DNA of 64,000 nucleotides from Amphiscolops sp. MND2022 (taxonomy: Eukaryota): NCBI GenBank assembly GCA_964187785.1, contig OZ076410.1, positions 8,060,001 through 8,124,000 on the forward strand. The letters are read 5' to 3'. The translations under genes were made by a program, and so were the position numbers. Below the pieces are notes generated by a model. It did not search any database. It was not told the DNA's origin and saw nothing but the letters and a program-made list of their open reading frames with translations. This document shows, one piece after another, positions 62,199 to 64,000 of the stretch. Numbering within the stretch: position 1 is the stretch's first letter; every line of letters starts with the position of its first letter.

Positions 62199-62607
62199 CT
62201 ATAACAAACATTCATCGATTTGAAATCTTCGGATGTTCAGATGAAATTAAGTTTATTTCTTGTTTCCTGAATGCTTCGAAAATGTAAACAAAGAACAAAA
62301 GCTGCTACAAAGTTCGACTTTCAAAAAATTCTCACGTAACTTTCCTTTGCTACTAGACCTTCCATTTAGAAAACAGTTTTGAGTTTTCGAAACCGTTTCA
62401 AGGCATAGTGAGACAATACATTATTAGCAAAAGTAAAGTGATACAGCGTAGTAATTGTTTTCAGCACCGACGAAGAAAATGATAGCAAAAGTTTCTGGGA
62501 GGTGTTTCGACTACTAAATTTTACAAAAAACCCAAGCCTTGGTGCCACTGGTCTCAAAAACACTGAAGAATAGTTGAGAAATCTGAAAATTTTAGGAGCT
62601 TGCACAC

Positions 62608-62931
62608 CTTGTTCGAATTTGACGTGATGCACGTGATGCCTGTTGTTCTGCTCGTCCAATACATCAAGCACTAGACTTGGTGGTGCTTGGTCACTCAATG
62701 AAGGCATCACCGATGCTTCAAACACACATGTGATAGTCGATGTCATTGATTTTTCGTCAATGATACACACAACATCAATCAACTCGACAGGCTTGTCATC
62801 AAGCGTAGCAACGATTTCGACATTTTCCAAGTTTTTGTCGACCACGAATGGAACTGTGAGAGAGATCTTCTTGGTCTTCGGTTCGACAGCATCCAATACA
62901 ATGGTTTCGTCGGACTCGGTCTCCTCCGGTT
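62608..62931 (-). CDS. Array exon A6
   Basis: As A1. Confidence 0.85.
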
Positions 62932-63199
62932 CTGTAGAAACACAACACGATCAGAATTTTCCGCTAGACTCAGATTTCTTCCAAGGTGCTGATGAAAATT
63001 TGTTTATTTGCTATTGACAACATAGTGGGAAAGTGATTCACTGCTAGTGTCCAAATTTGGGAACAAACAAGCATCAACAGCCACCTAATACGTCTATGAA
63101 CGTGTCACAGGAAACTTGTAGTACTTCCGCTTTTTGAAACGCAAAAGAAGTTTTTCAGAGACATGCATTCAGATCTCTAAATAGTAGTTAAACCATTAC

Positions 63200-63508
63200 C
63201 TGATCTGACCACGACAAAGTGAACATGCTTGTGGTTCTTGTGGCTCAAATGCACACATACGCGTTCCACCTTTTTGTTCACTGGTTGAGTAAGCAAGGTT
63301 GTAAATTTGGTTGATTTGATCTCGACTTGTGGTGCAATGGTCCATTCTTCTTCATGTTCAACTGGTTCTTCATTGACTGAAATCTCAATTACTGGTTTGT
63401 CTTCTTCGCTCGTATAGTCAATGAGGAATGGAGCCTCGAAGGAAACTTCACAAATGCCTTCATTTTTGATGACGACTGTTTCTCCGCTTTCTGTGAACTC
63501 CACTTCAG
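63200..63508 (-). CDS. Array exon B6
   Basis: As B1. Confidence 0.85.
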
Positions 63509-63909
63509 CTATAACAAACGTTCATCAGTTTGAAATCTTCAGATGTTTAGATGAAATTAATTTTTTTCTTAGTTCCTGAATGCTTCGAAAAAGTAAACAA
63601 TGAACTAAAGCTGCTAAAAAGTTCGACTTTCCAGTTTCTCGCGTAACGTTTCTTTGCTATTAGACTTTCCGTTTTGGTAACGGTTTTGAGTTTTCGAAAC
63701 TGTTTCAAGGCATAGTAATACAATACATTAGCAGCAAAAGCGGTTCAACGGAGTAATTGCTTTCAAAAGCGACCAAGGAAAAGATTGCAAAAGTTTCTGG
63801 GAGGTGTTTCGATTACTAAATTTTACAAAAACCCCAAGCGTTGGTGTCACTGGTCTCAACACCACCGAAGAGTGATTGAGAATTCTGAAAAACTTAGGAG
63901 ATTGCACAC

Positions 63910-64000
63910 CTTGTTCGAATTTGACGTGATGCACGTGGTGCCTGTTTTGCTGCTCGTCCAATACATCAAGCACTAGACTTGGTGGTGCTTGGTCACTCAA
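63910..64000 (-). CDS. Array exon A7 (partial)
   Basis: ..SDQAPPSLVLDVLDEQQNRHHVHHVKFEQ|gtgtgc. Confidence 0.85.

Larger units (their letters stand above)
21574..64000 (-). other. Giant titin/connectin-like multi-Ig gene, 3' portion (5' end beyond window)
   Basis: 25 exons chained with GT-AG sites and matching phases, 23,640 nt = 7,880 codons; I-set Ig motifs and E/V/K/P-rich repeats; no FN3 or kinase domain seen in the window. Confidence 0.88.
55990..64000 (-). repeat. Tandem array of ~1.31-kb two-exon units (6 full units plus part of a 7th), continuing beyond the window
   Basis: A-exon acceptors at 56384, 57695, 59006, 60316, 61621, 62931 (periods 1311, 1311, 1310, 1305, 1310); introns also near-identical. 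Confidence 0.98.

Noticed and set aside
56096-63017. Repeated 124-aa plus-strand ORFs in the array
   Set aside because: Antisense to exon A; recurrence follows from the tandem duplication.
55972-63503. ORF-track proteins of the array as stand-alone genes
   Set aside because: They begin at TTG/GTG inside exons and run into introns; GT-AG phase 1-1 boundaries explain them better.

Overview
Eukaryotic (invertebrate animal) genomic DNA, AT-rich and TE-dense; no prokaryotic features. The repeat style recalls the acoel Symsagittifera roscoffensis, but that is unverified recollection. (1) 1-~6720 (-): a decayed Bel/Pao LTR retrotransposon (gag-pro-RT-RNaseH-start of IN, running off the left edge). 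Between a PBS-like motif and gag it carries an extra intact 199-aa SGNH-hydrolase-like ORF and a pair of hairpins. (2) 10537-16475 (+): a young full-length Ty3/Gypsy element (219-bp LTRs with 2 mismatches, TCCAG TSD, PBS, PPT) inserted in a Helentron-like repeat. (3) 21574->64000 (-): the 3' part of one giant spliced titin/connectin-like gene. I could chain 25 exons with GT-AG sites and compatible phases (~7,880 codons in window). These include one 17,867-bp exon and a ~1.31-kb tandem array of two-exon units encoding Trp-less, His-tipped Ig-like domains. Introns and intergenic DNA hold hAT and TA-TSD MITEs, Helentron-like families, a tRNA-derived segment and long palindromes. All coordinates were read by eye; no database searches were run.
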